Assembly (NCBI RefSeq): GCF_006345805.1
Contig: NW_021834571.1
Location: 1 to 46,300, forward strand
DNA: 46,300 bases
Origin: Octopus sinensis
Taxonomy: Eukaryota
Direction of reading: 5' to 3'
Under the pieces are notes generated by a model. The model was not told where the DNA came from, ran no database searches, and saw only the letters and a list, made by a program, of their open reading frames with translations. How positions within the stretch are numbered: the first letter of the stretch is position 1; every line of letters begins with the position of its first letter. This document shows, one piece after another, positions 12,666 to 24,857 of this stretch. A program made the position numbers and the translations under genes.

Positions 12666-13099
12666 ACATACATACATACATACATACATACATACATACA
12701 TACATACATACATACATACATACAAAGATACATACATATAGAGACAGACAGACAGACATGCTTGCCCACACACATACATACTTTAACGCAAAGACCTAGA
12801 AATGCTAGTATTTCTGAGAAAGAACAAAAGAAATTGGTGCGCATCCTTCAGATCAACTCCATCAGTGGCACAGTGAATATTTGTAAGATATTCCAAAGAT
12901 TCTCTGTCTGAGATTCTTTTAACTAATATATGCACACATTTGGTTTTATGCTTCTATAAAAATACATCTGTAAAAAGTAATCATCCGCACATGCAAAAAA
13001 ACACACACACACACACATACACGCACACACACACACTCCAGTATTAAAGAGACAAGTTCTCACAGAACATAAGTGCAGGAGTATACATCAACATATATG

Positions 13100-13600
13100 A
13101 TGTATGCACAGACTAATCAACCACGTATTTCCAAATCTCAGGAAGTGTCTTATCTGAAAAAATCTTGACATATTGTTAGAGACCGGCTTGAACTCAACAA
13201 ACAAGGACTGAAACAAATCTCAAAGAAAAGCTTCCATCAATGCATTCATCGATCCATTCATGCATAAATGATAAGACAACTGATGCCGTCTTTGACATTG
13301 AGGATGTCACGTACATGAAAAATATCTGCCCGCAAATGGCTTCACAGTTCTGCCTACATATGAGACGTGCCTATAATGAAATATCTAAAAAGGATAACAC
13401 TGAGGAGACATTTATAGAAACTACAGTGATTGACTGGGCATAATCTCTCATAATATAAAAGAATAATGGTGACTCTACTCGTCAAAGCTTCAATAAAATG
13501 CAAGCATAATAGACCAGACATTATAATCTGGGATACAGATAAGTAGCTTTAAGTGCTGTATTTGAAACCAGTTACCCAGAAAATGACTACATAATGTTAA
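13100..13600 (+). mobile_element. Old RLE-type retrotransposon remnant
   Basis: IEDVTYMKNICPQMASQFCLHMR (degenerate knuckle) and KHNRPDIIIWDTDK (RLE PD motif, about 13500-13545), in different frames. Confidence 0.5.
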
Positions 13601-14625
13601 CAGTTCTTTGGAAAGAAAACATTTAAGCGAAGCTGATCAGAAATTTGCTGTTTCTCCATTCGAACTTCAGTTTTTATCTACTGGCACTCCATACAACTTG
13701 AACGTGAGTGCAGAGATGATTATATCACTTAGACATTGTTTGTTTGCATTGTTCGAATAAATAATTTTGAAAAATGTTGTAAAAACATTAATGAGATACA
13801 AAATATAATAGCATGTAGTGGAAAAGAATACTAGATTTTAGTAATATTGACAAATGGGAGAATGGAGAAGGGATGCTTTCAAAAGGAATTTATGTTAACT
13901 GTCTGTAAAATATAATAAGAGGGAGTGCAGTTTAGCCAAGCGGTGCAGGGACAAAAATATATTAAAAAATTGACTAATTAAAACTGTTTAGTGTCGTGAC
14001 TAGAAGGAGATCAAAGGAATTGAACGTTATGGTAGAAGAAAGACAAAAGAAAAAAAATTACAATGTAAATATTTAGAAATATGCCTGTGGGAACTTAGAA
14101 TTTGGATATTTCGTTTAATACAACATGCTACAATGGCTTGAATTATAAAAACCGTCATCTACTGTATAATGTTTAATTTTATTTTAATCGCAACCGCGCC
14201 GCCAGATTCTTTCAGGAATCAAACGAACTTAAAAAATGTTGTTGTGTATCACTTTCCCCGCGTATTTCAAAGAAATTATACATCAAAGCATGACTTAAAT
14301 TTGTTCTCAGTTAACCCGGCCTAAGTTTTATATTTTGATCAGATGTCTGTGTGTACCTCAGTCTAATAAAATTATTTTGAAAGGTAATTGTTACTAACGA
14401 TATCCAGATCAATACAGATACAGGTAAGAAGAGATGTGGTTTTATTTCATCTGTTTTGTATTGAAGTTTTTTATAGAACAAGCAACTTATCTCTCCCTCC
14501 TTCTCTCTCTCCCTCTCTCTGTTTATCAATCTATCTATCAGCCACTTCAATGAGATAAAGTATATTGAATTTCTTTTGAAAAGCCAATATTAATTAAAAC
14601 CTTATAATCGTAATGAAATGCAGAC

Positions 14626-14913
14626 GTGAAGGCACGGGACTTAGTGGTAAGGGTATTCACCTACCGATTGTGAGGCTGCGAGATGGATACCCGTCGCTGC
14701 GTTCTCTCCTTGAGCAAGACACTTTATCTCACGTTGCTCCAATCCACTCAGCTGGCAAAAATGAGTAGTACTTGTATTTCAAAGGGGCTAGCCTTGTCAC
14801 ATTCTGTACGCGTGTCTGTGGAGTGCTCATCCACTTGCACGGTAATTTCACGAGCAGGCTGTTCCCTTGACCGGATCAACTAGAATACTCGTCGTCGTAA
14901 CCGACGGATTACC
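14626..14913 (+). mobile_element. SINE with a different head but the family C tail
   Basis: Head and CORE-like ccttgagcaagacacttt differ from 11109, while the tail gtatttcaaaggggctagccttgtcac..gtcgtaaccgacgga is shared. Confidence 0.8.
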
Positions 14914-15344
14914 AATTATTGCAGTAATGAGAAGCACACTGTTAAAGGAATTATTTTTTTTAAGTGATACATTCAGCAAGAATAATGAAGGGATACACTT
15001 ATTAATACAAAGAATTAAAATTCATAGAACTGCGTGATTGGAATTCTTATTGCTGTACAATAATTATTCGATTGGTTTCCGATAAAATCACAATTTATTC
15101 CTTTTTAAGATTAAATTGAAACAGAGAAGTTAACTACACTAAGACTGGTAGAAAGTGTGTTTCTTAAATTTATAAGACAGAAAAATTAGGAGAACGTTTG
15201 CTAGTCAATCTAATACTTGGTCATTCATATTATGCGCTATTGCGAGCCCATCATCTCTATAAATACCCTAAAGCAAGGATATTTTTATGCAAACATTTCA
15301 AAGGTAGAGTCCACCTAATTTCTTCCTCTCTACACTTCCAAATA

Positions 15345-15560
15345 CTCTTTTCAAACTTTGACACAACGCCAGCAATTTCAGAGCGGCGGCTAGTCAATTA
15401 CATTGACCCATAGTGCTCAACGTGTACTTATTTTATGGGCCTGAAAGGATGAAAAGCAAAGTCGACCACTGCGGGATTTGAACTCAGAACGTAAAGACGG
15501 ATAAAATACCCGCTAAACATTTTACCCGGCGTGCTAATGATTCTGCTAGGTCACCGCCTT
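15345..15560 (-). mobile_element. SINE family A
   Basis: Reverse complement of the family A head and core. Confidence 0.8.
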
Positions 15561-15761
15561 CCCAATTCCAAATACCAGAAATTATCTGGATCTTTGTGTT
15601 ATCTTCCCTAAATCGGAAGCCAAAATTCCAATCGTAGATTTTACATTATACTTATTTTATCGCTTTTTAGGTATTCAAATTCATTTACAAAATTTCTTCC
15701 GCCAACTATCCTTGCCAACTTCCTTTCAATCTTATTTTCTTTCTCCCTTCGCATTCATATA

Positions 15762-16710
15762 GTAGGTTGTTCCGAAAATAATGGCCGATTTCAGAAACAT
15801 AATTTTATTCAGGAAAATTAACAATAGAAATGCTTTGATTAGTCAAAGTATGAGCCGTAGACATCTATGCATCTCTGCCATCGATTAACGAGATTATTCA
15901 TGCCCCGTTGATAAAAACTTATTGGCTTTGATGCTAAGAAATCTTTGAATATTATGTCTACCTTTGGTTTGGACCTGAAAGTTTTATCACTTACAATCGT
16001 GTTTAAATGCTTTAAAAATGATATTCAGTGGGTGAAAGATCAGGAGAATATGGAGGCTGTGGTAACGTCTACTATTCTAAATCTGTGAGTTTCTGCAGCG
16101 TCATTCTTGCAACATGTAGCTTTGCATTATCGTGGAGTAGAATTGGGCCACGCCGATTCATCAATGCAGGTCTCCTTTTTGCAAGTGAACATGCATTTCA
16201 GTGCATTGATTGCAGCAAACGTTTGTTGTAATGTCTTAATTGGTTTCCAGAAATCTGTAATGGACAACACCAATTGCAGAACACCAGACAGTCACCATAA
16301 TCTTTTGCTGATGCAACTTTGGCTTTGAGAAATGTTTGGGGAACTCATCATGGTCAAGCCATTGACCTGATCGTTTATGGTTATCAAAAAGGACCCACTT
16401 TTCGTCCCAAGTGACCATTCGGTCAAGAAAAAGTGTTTCATTGGTGTTTCGCAGAAAGAGCATCGAGCACACTTCAAAACGCCTAACTTTTTGATTTTCA
16501 TTAAGCTCATGCGGTACCCACTTATCGAGCTTTTCACCTTACCAATCTTCTACAGATTGCGTGAGACCGTTGCAATACCGACACCAACTGCCTGAGACAT
16601 TTCTCTGACACTTTGACGTAGGTTTTTGTTCAACAACTACTTTCAGCTGTTCATTGTCAAGGCTGCATAACCGTTCTCTACCTTCTTCATCTATGCTTGA
16701 AGGATGTTTG
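15762..16710 (-). mobile_element. Mariner DNA transposon remnant (transposase pseudogene with one terminal inverted repeat)
   Basis: Minus strand reads KLDKWVPHELNENQKVRRFEVCSMLFLRN..VTWDEKWVLFDN..LLHDNA..LPQPPYSPDLSPTEYHF..RWQRCIDVYGSYFD*, with the stop at 15839-15841. 34 residues separate the HDN Asp from the third catalytic position. Internal stops and frameshifts are present. Hsmar1-like TIR GTAGGTTGTTCCGAAAATAATGGCCGATTT at 15762, next to a TA; the other end is missing. Confidence 0.93.
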
Positions 16711-17106
16711 ATTCCTTATTCCATTCTCTTCTATTATTTTCACTTTTATTTATTTATTAATTTTTAGTACAACGGTTATCAATATATCATTAAACAATAA
16801 GAGTCTTGTACTTCGACAATTTATCCAATCAAACTTTATCAATCAATTCAAAGTGCTCGGCTGTCTTAGCTTCTATTTCTTAAAATTGCCCTAAAATCGG
16901 AACGAAGAAGCTTGAAGTAGCGATTGGCGAAAATTCAGATTTTAACATAGTAATACATTACTCTATTAAATTCATTACAGGGTAATTAATTTTTTCCACT
17001 TAGTTTACACTCAAGTATTTGCATGCGCGCGCGCGTGTACACATTATTGGTTTCAAATTTTGACACAAGGTCAGCAATTTCAGAAGAAGGGGTTATCTAT
17101 CACAAG

Positions 17107-17631
17107 AGTGGCTTCTGATCTTAACTGATTGGAAGTGTTATCATGTACATTGTTTTGTCTTGGCATAAAAGATGGGGTACAGCAAATATTCTGCTCAATA
17201 CCACAGATTTGCTTGTCAGTTGTTTGACCTTAACCTGTTGACCATGTCCCTAAGTGGCTGACGATATGTGCATCCCTGATCACGAGCAGAAGTAGTGGGG
17301 GAGCATCATAGCCATGTGTTGAAAGGCATTCTTAGAGGTTTGGATAATTCACCTTTGGAAACATGGGTGGTTCGTTCAACATCCTTAAACAATCCTTATT
17401 CAGGGACCTTTGAGTGGGATGGGCTACTCGACCTCAAGAAAATTCTTACTGGGCCCCACCTACAAGGTCATGCAATATTTATTTTGATATGGGATCCCTA
17501 TATCGCGCACATATGATTATGATGCATGTGCCTGGTGTACCCTTATCAGACAGGTAGTCATAATGGGTATACTAGGCTTCGTATATTTTAACCCTAGTGT
17601 CATTTTGATTGCATGCACTGCTCTCTCACTC
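17107..17631 (+). mobile_element. Family D element, slightly 5'-truncated, followed by (TAA)n and Dong-like fragments
   Basis: Colinear with 36560-37087; ends gcactgctctctcactc, then (AAT)n. Confidence 0.88.
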
Positions 17632-17679
<48 letters not shown>

Positions 17680-17711
17680 TATTATTATTATTAATAATAA
17701 TAATAATAATA

Positions 17712-17779
<68 letters not shown>

Positions 17780-17781
<2 letters not shown>

Positions 17782-18073
17782 GAAATAGAGGTAACCAGAA
17801 TGTGGAATCTAAAAACAGAAACAATTCCTATCATAGTAGGTGCATTAGGCATGATAAAAAAATATTCAGACAAATACATAACAAAAACACCAGGACTTAC
17901 AAACACATATAACATACAGAAAATTGCACTACTAGGCACTGCACACATCCTACGCAGAACACTTTCCATACAATAACCATCAGAGCATCACAACAAATCA
18001 CAGCACATACCCAAGGCACACAGAGCTGCGCACGGTAGTGAAGTGAAAGCACGCTATAAAAGTAAAACTACTG
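17780..18073 (+). mobile_element. R4/Dong-like 3' fragment in (TAA)n
   Basis: Encodes EIEVTRMWNLKTETIPIIVGALG...QKIALLGTAHILRRTLSIQ plus the same 3'UTR as the 34541 and 36502 copies; (TAA)n on both sides. Confidence 0.92.
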
Positions 18074-18095
18074 AATAATAATAATAATAATAATA

Positions 18096-18127
<32 letters not shown>

Positions 18128-18209
18128 TAATAATAATAATAATGATAATATAATAATAATAATAATAATAATATAATAATAATAATAATAATATAATAAT
18201 ATAATAATG

Positions 18210-18240
<31 letters not shown>

Positions 18241-18242
<2 letters not shown>

Positions 18243-18535
18243 GAAATAGAGGTAGGTAACCAGAATGTGGAATCTAAAAACAGAAACAATTCCTATCATA
18301 GTAGGTGCATTAGGCATGATAAAAAAATATTCAGACAAATACATAACAAAAACACCAGGACTTACAAACACATATAACATACAGAAAATTGCACTACTAG
18401 GCACTGCACACATCCTACGCAGAACACTTTCCATACAATAACCATCAGAGCATCACAACAAATCACAGCACATACCCAAGGCACACAGAGCTGCGCACGG
18501 TAGTGAAGTGAAAGCACGCTATAAAAGTAAAACTA

Positions 18536-18538
<3 letters not shown>
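18241..18538 (+). mobile_element. Tandem near-identical duplicate of the 17780-18073 Dong-like fragment
   Basis: Same 5' truncation point (tggaaatagag) and the same private variants (ctgcgcacgg, ataaaagtaaaac); differs by a 4-bp ggta duplication. Confidence 0.92.
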
Positions 18539-18593
<55 letters not shown>

Positions 18594-18637
18594 TAATAAT
18601 AATAATAATAATGATAATAATAATAATAATAATAATA

Positions 18638-18679
<42 letters not shown>

Positions 18680-18681
<2 letters not shown>

Positions 18682-18818
18682 AGGAAGAATTTGGAGCATG
18701 AGAGCATTAAGGGTCGTGCCTATAATAATTGGTGCGTTGGGAACAGTAAGCCAAAATATAGACCATTGGTTGAGGGAGATTGAAATAGAATGCCCGGTAG
18801 AGCTCCTACAAAATAATT
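18680..18818 (+). mobile_element. 3' fragment of a second RLE retrotransposon family, after (TAA)n
   Basis: [44 protein letters not shown], a typical RLE C-terminus; cut off by a SINE on the right. Confidence 0.8.
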
Positions 18819-18837
18819 GCCTCTTACTTGATTCAGT

Positions 18838-19205
18838 TAGTTGACTGCGGCCATGCTGGAGCACCGCCTTTAGTCGAGAAAATCGAACCCAGGTTTTATT
18901 ATTTGTAAGCCTAGTACTTATTCTATCGGTTTCTTTTGCCGAACTGCTAAGTTACGGGGACGTAAACACACCACCATCGGTTGTCAAGCGATGTTGGGAA
19001 GATAAACACAGACACACGAACATATACACACGCATTCATATATAGATACATATATACGACGAGCTTCTTTCAGTTTCCGTCTACCAAATCCACTCACAAG
19101 GCTTTAGTCGGCTTGATGCTATAGTAGAAGACACTTGCCCAAGGAGCCACGCAGTGGGACTGAACCCGGAACCATGTGTTTGGTAAGCAAGCGACTTACA
19201 ATACA
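18838..19205 (-). mobile_element. SINE family B
   Basis: Colinear with 6571-6950. Confidence 0.9.
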
Positions 19206-19210
19206 GCATG

Positions 19211-19265
<55 letters not shown>

Positions 19266-19624
19266 ATATATGTATATATGGACAGATATACAGAGATAAT
19301 AGATAGATAGGAAGGAAGGGAAAATAGAGAGACAGGGAGACAGGGAGAGAGAGACAGGAAGAGAGAGAGAGAGAGAGAGAGAGAGGAAGAGAGAGAGAGA
19401 GAGACAGGAAGAGAGAGAGAGAGGAGAGCAGGAGAGCTTTTAGCGCCTACAGTTCTTCTTGTGAAACCTCAAGTGTATCCTATTCGTTTCGCAATCGTGT
19501 CATCAAACCAAATTCCTATCTTGTCAGCGACAGAAGACAGTTGGTAGCTGTTGCTGCAGCAACGGCAACGGTAGCAGCAGTAGCAGCAGTTGTAGCCGTA
19601 GCGGCGACAATGACATGCACCAGT

Positions 19625-20460
19625 TACATCATCACCGCAGCCACCACCACCACCACCACCACACCACCACCACCACCACCACCACCACCACCACCTTCAG
19701 TCGAATGTTTATGATCCTCATTGTTACCAACATCCCCCGCCACCACTAACACTACCACCACCACCACCAGCATCAGCCCCACCACCAGCACCACCGCCAC
19801 CACCAGCACCACCGCCACCACCAGCACCAGCACCACCACCAGCACACCACCACCACCACCACCACCACCACCACCACACCACCAACCACCACCACCTTCA
19901 GTCGAATGTTTATGATCCTCGTTGTTACCAACATCCCCCGCCACCACTAACACTACCACCACCACCACCACCAGCATCAGCCCCACCACCAGCACCACCG
20001 CCACCACCAGCACCAGCACCACCATCACCACCACCACCACCACCACCACCACCTTCAGTCGAATGTTTATGATCCTCATTGTTACCAACATCACCCGCCA
20101 CCACTAACACTACCACCACCACCACCACCAGCATCAGCCCCACCACCAGCACCACCGCCACCACCAGCACCAGCACCACCACCAGCACCACCAGCACCAC
20201 CATCACCACCATCACCACCATCACCACCACCTTCAGTCGAATGTTTATGATCCTCATTGTTACCAACATCCCCCGCCACCACTAACACTACCACCACCAC
20301 CACCACCAGCATCAGCCCAACCACCAGCACCACCGCCACCACCAGCACCAGCATCAGCACCAGCACCACCATCACCACCACCACCACCACCACCACCACC
20401 TTCAGTAGAATGTTCATCATCCTCATTGTTACCAGCATCCACCGCCACCACTAACACTTA
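19625..20460. repeat. Compound tandem repeat, 5 units of about 157-201 bp on a (CCA)n backbone
   Basis: The unique anchor ttcagtcgaatgtttatgatcctcattgttaccaacatcccccgccaccactaacact recurs at 19696, 19897, 20054, 20232 and 20401. Confidence 0.92.
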
Positions 20461-20831
20461 TCACAAGCACCACCATCAGTACCGCCGCCGACACCTCCAT
20501 CACCATAAGCACAACCGCTACCCCCGTCCACCCCACAACCACAACTACCCCCCCCCCAACACACCCACCACCACCGCCGCCACCATCACAACTGCCACCA
20601 CCGCTTCCATTTGTGGCAAAGGAACCGATATTTGTATTTCTTTTATCATGTGGTTATTGTTGTTATCACTGACTGCTGCTACTGCTGCCATTACCACTGT
20701 TCTTGCAGTTACTGCTGCTACTGGTGGTGGTGGTCACGGTTCTATTGTCTTTCACCTGAGAAATATACTAATTTCTATTGAGTTTTCATTCACGAAGTGA
20801 TTCGCTTTTAAGTTCACCTCAGTAACAAGCA

Positions 20832-20908
20832 CACGGTGTCCATAAATTATCTTTACAACTTCCGCGCCTTCTTACTTTAAATTGTAAAGATAATTTATGG
20901 ATATTGTG
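20832..20908. mobile_element. Tc1/mariner-like mini-MITE (77 bp, 27-bp TIRs)
   Basis: cacggtgtccataaattatctttacaa pairs with ttgtaaagataatttatggatattgtg (3 mismatches); TA at 20909-20910, CA on the left. Confidence 0.7.
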
Positions 20909-21314
20909 TACATATAGGAATCAATGACGTAACCACAACATGGTCATTCGTCTCGATATGCTAAAACTACCAGCCAAAATTTTCCAAACTCATACCATGT
21001 TGCCTTTAAAAAGTAGGAACTCATTTCATGAGTGGAATAAAAATCAAAGAGTAAAAGAAAAAATAACCGGCATGTACTGAACTTGAATGTCATGGAATCA
21101 TTAAATATAATTGAGTATGATGGCAGAATCGTTAGAGCGTCAGAAAAAATACTTTGCTACGTTTGTTCCGTTACATTATGTTCTGAGATCAAATCCCGCT
21201 TTTCAGTTCATATTTTGCTTTCTTTTTACAGAATGGAGGGTTTAATGATGTTTAGATTTATCTTTTACTTTATATTTTTTTTGGTTTTTCAACATTGAGT
21301 TTTTCCTTTATTCA

Positions 21315-21525
21315 TTTCAAATTTTGGCACAAGGCCAGCAATTTCGGGGGTATGGTAAGCTGATTACAAAGACACCAGTGTTCAACTGATACTTATTTCA
21401 TCGATCCCGAAAGAATGAAAGACAAGATCGACCTCGGAGGAATTTGAGCTCAAAGCATAAGGACGGACGAAATGCCGCTAAGCATTTTATCCGGAGTTCT
21501 AACGATTCTGCCAATTCGCTGCCCC
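21315..21525 (-). mobile_element. SINE family A (a partial + copy lies at about 21115-21200)
   Basis: Reverse complement of the family A head and core. Confidence 0.8.
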
Positions 21526-21678
21526 ATAGTTTTATCTTTATTAACAGCATTATCATCCAGTGAACGATATTTCGACATCTAGTGTGTCTTCAACAGGTTC
21601 AAAAAATTAATTCGTCAATCTACTTAATTTTGGTTAATATATATCTTCTGGAGGAGTTACCTCAATCCTATATATATC

Positions 21679-21746
<68 letters not shown>

Positions 21747-21748
21747 CA

Positions 21749-21935
21749 GGAAGAATTTGGAGTATGAGAGTAGTAAGGGTCGTGCCTATAATAATTGGTG
21801 CGTTGGGAACAGTAAGCCAAAATATAGACAAGTGGCTGAGGGAGAATGAAATAGAGCTCCTACAAAAAGTTTGTCCCTTAGGGAGAGTAAGGATTATCAG
21901 GCTGGTTCTAAGACTGCCGAAAACGTATAGATAGC
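21749..21935 (+). mobile_element. Second copy of the second RLE family, 3' fragment after (TAA)n
   Basis: [54 protein letters not shown]; homologous to 18680-18818. Confidence 0.8.
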
Positions 21936-23063
21936 TAAGGCTACATTAAAAGTATAAAATATCAAATTATTGAGAAAAAAGACCTAGAAGTAAGGAAACC
22001 AAGAAAACAAAAGAAAAGAAGAAAAATGGGTGGGAATTAAGCAGCAGAAGATGGTTGCGGGGGAGTAAGGTGTTGTAACCCCAGAACAAATGGCGTGTTT
22101 AGCCGTGCCACGCAGACATGATTATAAAGGCATTGGCGCAGAGAATGGCCAGCGACACTCGTTGTAACAGTCACCCAACCAAGTGGAGCTAATTTCTTGC
22201 TACAGTGTTGCTGATTTTGCAGAGGAAATCAACAGAGAAGGTCGAAAAATAGATACAGAAAAATATTCATTAAATCTAACAAGTTTCCATTATTAGCCGT
22301 CTAATGATGATAGATGACGGTACTTTTGTTTTTTATTGTTTGGTCCCAGATCAAACCGGATCAAATCTACCATGAAAGTCATTTCGGCTGTGGCTGCATC
22401 ATCTTTTTTCCTAGGCCAAGCATACCTATAGTTATATCATGTGACAAGATCTTCTTTTCTAAGAATATAGAACGTGTTTTTAAAGAGATTTGGCTGTTTT
22501 TTCTTGCAGGCTCCCACGACCATCTCCTAAATTTTCTGGCCTTCTGATTACACAAGAAAGCATTATATAAAGGTTGGTAGGTTGGCAGAGTCGTTGCGGT
22601 GTTTGTTCCGATTTATTACTTTCTCAGTTCAAATCCTGTCAATGTCAATTAAGCTTTTCACCACCCGGACTCGGGTGGGGGGGGGGGGTCAATAAAATTG
22701 AGATCGATAGAATCATGAATCATCCTACCTTATGCTAAACTTAGAAGCCGTTATGAAAAGGATGGCAAGGTACCAGTTAAATACAGGGATTTGTGGGACT
22801 GACCGATTCCCTGTCCACAAAACTGTCGGGCTTCTTACTAAATTGGAAACCATGATATTTGTGATTTCTGGTTCCGGACTGACCTGGAGCTAGAACAACA
22901 ACAGCAGTAGTGCAGCAGTGGTGGCAGCAACAGTGGTAGCAGCAGCAGCATTAGTGGTAGCAGCAGCGGTGGTGATAGCAGCAGCAGTGGCAGTGGCAGC
23001 AGCATCAACAACTATAACAACAACAGCAACAGCAACAACAACAGCAACAACAACAGCAGCAGT

Positions 23064-23258
23064 GGAGATGCAATGGCCCAGTGGTTAGGGCAGCGGACTC
23101 GCGGTCGTAAGAACGCGGTTTCGATTCTCAGACCGGGCATTGTGAGTGTTTAATGAGCAAAAACACCTAAACTCCAAGACGCTCCGGCGGGGGTTGGGTG
23201 GTGAATCCCGATGTATTCTTTCACCTCAACTTTCTCTCACTCTTTCTTCCTACTTCTG
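23064..23258 (+). mobile_element. SINE family C 5' half
   Basis: ggagatgcaatggcccagtggttagggcagcgg..ctttctctcactctttcttcct, homologous to 11109-11300. Confidence 0.85.
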
Positions 23259-23618
23259 CCACAAAGCAGAGGAACCATGGTGTAACCCACTATGGTGTGG
23301 TAAACTTTCAGACCCTCATCTAGATTGCGAATCCTCTGTACCCCAGGATGGTTCAGCTCTCCACCCGTTAAAAGGCACCGTTTACGGAATGAGGATAACA
23401 ACGTAGCTTTCGCACCCGTGCAACCGCCAGTCTGTCGCGTGTGGTGGGTGGATCTTCAAGTTGCCACACGCATTCTTAGTAGCTTAGAGTAGGCTCGAAT
23501 TAGAGATTATTCTTTGTGGCTAATGGCTTGAGTCCTGATAGGAAGAAGAAGAAGAAGAAGAAGAAGAAAAGAAGAAGAAGAAGAAGAAGAAGAAGAAGAA
23601 GAAGAAGAAGAAGAAGAA
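23259..23618 (+). mobile_element. Unclassified retroelement 3' end or UTR with a (GAA)n tail, fused behind a SINE head
   Basis: About 283 bp of unique sequence replaces the tail seen in the homologous SINE at 11109-11490 and runs straight into (GAA)n at 23542-23618. Confidence 0.4.
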
Positions 23619-24622
23619 ACAGCAGCAACAACAACTGGTACTGATCGACATTTCTCCCCTATTCCACTCACACGTGAAAACGGTTCGATTGGATTTATTT
23701 CGCTGCAATCTAAATTCACATTTGAGAATGAAATTAACAGTTGTATTATAATTTGTTCAGCGCCCTGTTTTCTCGTCCAATATCTTCAAGGACAATATCC
23801 TCCACCGACCACCACCAATGCTAATGGAATTACTACAACTATCGCCCCGCGAAGCTGTCCCCAACATTATCACAAAGATCATTGACCGGTCACTCAACCT
23901 ACAAGAATTACAATAGCAGCTGATTTTTCTTTAACAAACTGCTTCTGGGGAATTTCGCCGTAAACAAAAATTCGCCATAAAAAAATTAAATTTCAAAGAA
24001 TCCAACAAAATTAGCTGTTTTCTTAAAATGGCAACTTCATCAACTATCCTACCAATTAGAGAAAGGTGATTTCTTTACAATGAGTTCGTGTACGTATTTA
24101 CGGCTTGCTTGTGTGCCTCCTTTGCGAGGAAATTTTCCACGGCAAATTTTCCGGTGAAAAAAATGTTTGCGGCAGATATTTCGAACACGCAAATAACCAT
24201 CTACCATCTTTGGACAATGAAGATTATGAAGTAATCAAACTAGGAAAGCTCACGGCTGGAACGTCTTTGATTATAGACACCTTCGATCAAAAAAGTCCTG
24301 CGACTAAATAACATAAAAGTGATATTAAACGGTCGTTAGTTGTGCTAAAACTAGCAGAGAAATTTTCTTAAAATCATACACTACCGTCTTAAAAAATGAA
24401 GGACCCATCACAGGATGGTCATATCCGCAAAGGCGTTGGTTTAAAGTCTGCTTAATGAGGACTGTTCTGGAGCTAAACAAAACCGACAGTAACTGGTTGT
24501 TTATTAATCAAATACGGATTATTGAAAAGTAAAGCCGTCTGCAACGATATTTGACGTTGATATTTAAGAATTCCCATGTATGCATGTATATCTACATATA
24601 TATGTCGGTATGTACATATATG

Positions 24623-24857
24623 CGAAGGCGGCAAGATGGCAGAATCGTTAGCGCGCTGGACGAAATGTTTAACGGTATTTCGTCTGCCGTTGCGTTCTGA
24701 GTTCAAATTCCGCCGAGGTGGACTTTGCCTTTCATCCTTTCCGAGTCGATAAATTAAGTACCAGTTACGCACTGGGGTCGATATAATCGACGTAATCCGT
24801 TTGTCTGTCTTTATTTGTCGCCTCTGTGTTTAGCCCCTTGTGGGTAGTAAAGAAATA
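24623..24857 (+). mobile_element. tRNA-derived SINE family A, monomer with a 16-bp TSD
   Basis: A box TGGCAGAATCG, B box GAGTTCAAATTCC; flanked by ggtatgtacatatatg at 24607-24622 and 24858-24873. Confidence 0.92.

Noticed and set aside
16024-16131. Mariner with a D,D(34)E triad as a novel family
   Set aside because: The copy has two stops within the same interval, so the Glu is most simply a decay substitution of the mariner Asp.
19624-20800. Mucin-like or glycine-rich protein gene
   Set aside because: Each repeat unit carries a frameshift or stop on both strands; three of the four spacings are not multiples of 3.
23945-24190. Mutator-like MITE with aattcgcc / ggcaaatt subterminal motifs
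   Set aside because: The inverted similarity is too degenerate to define TIRs or a TSD by eye.
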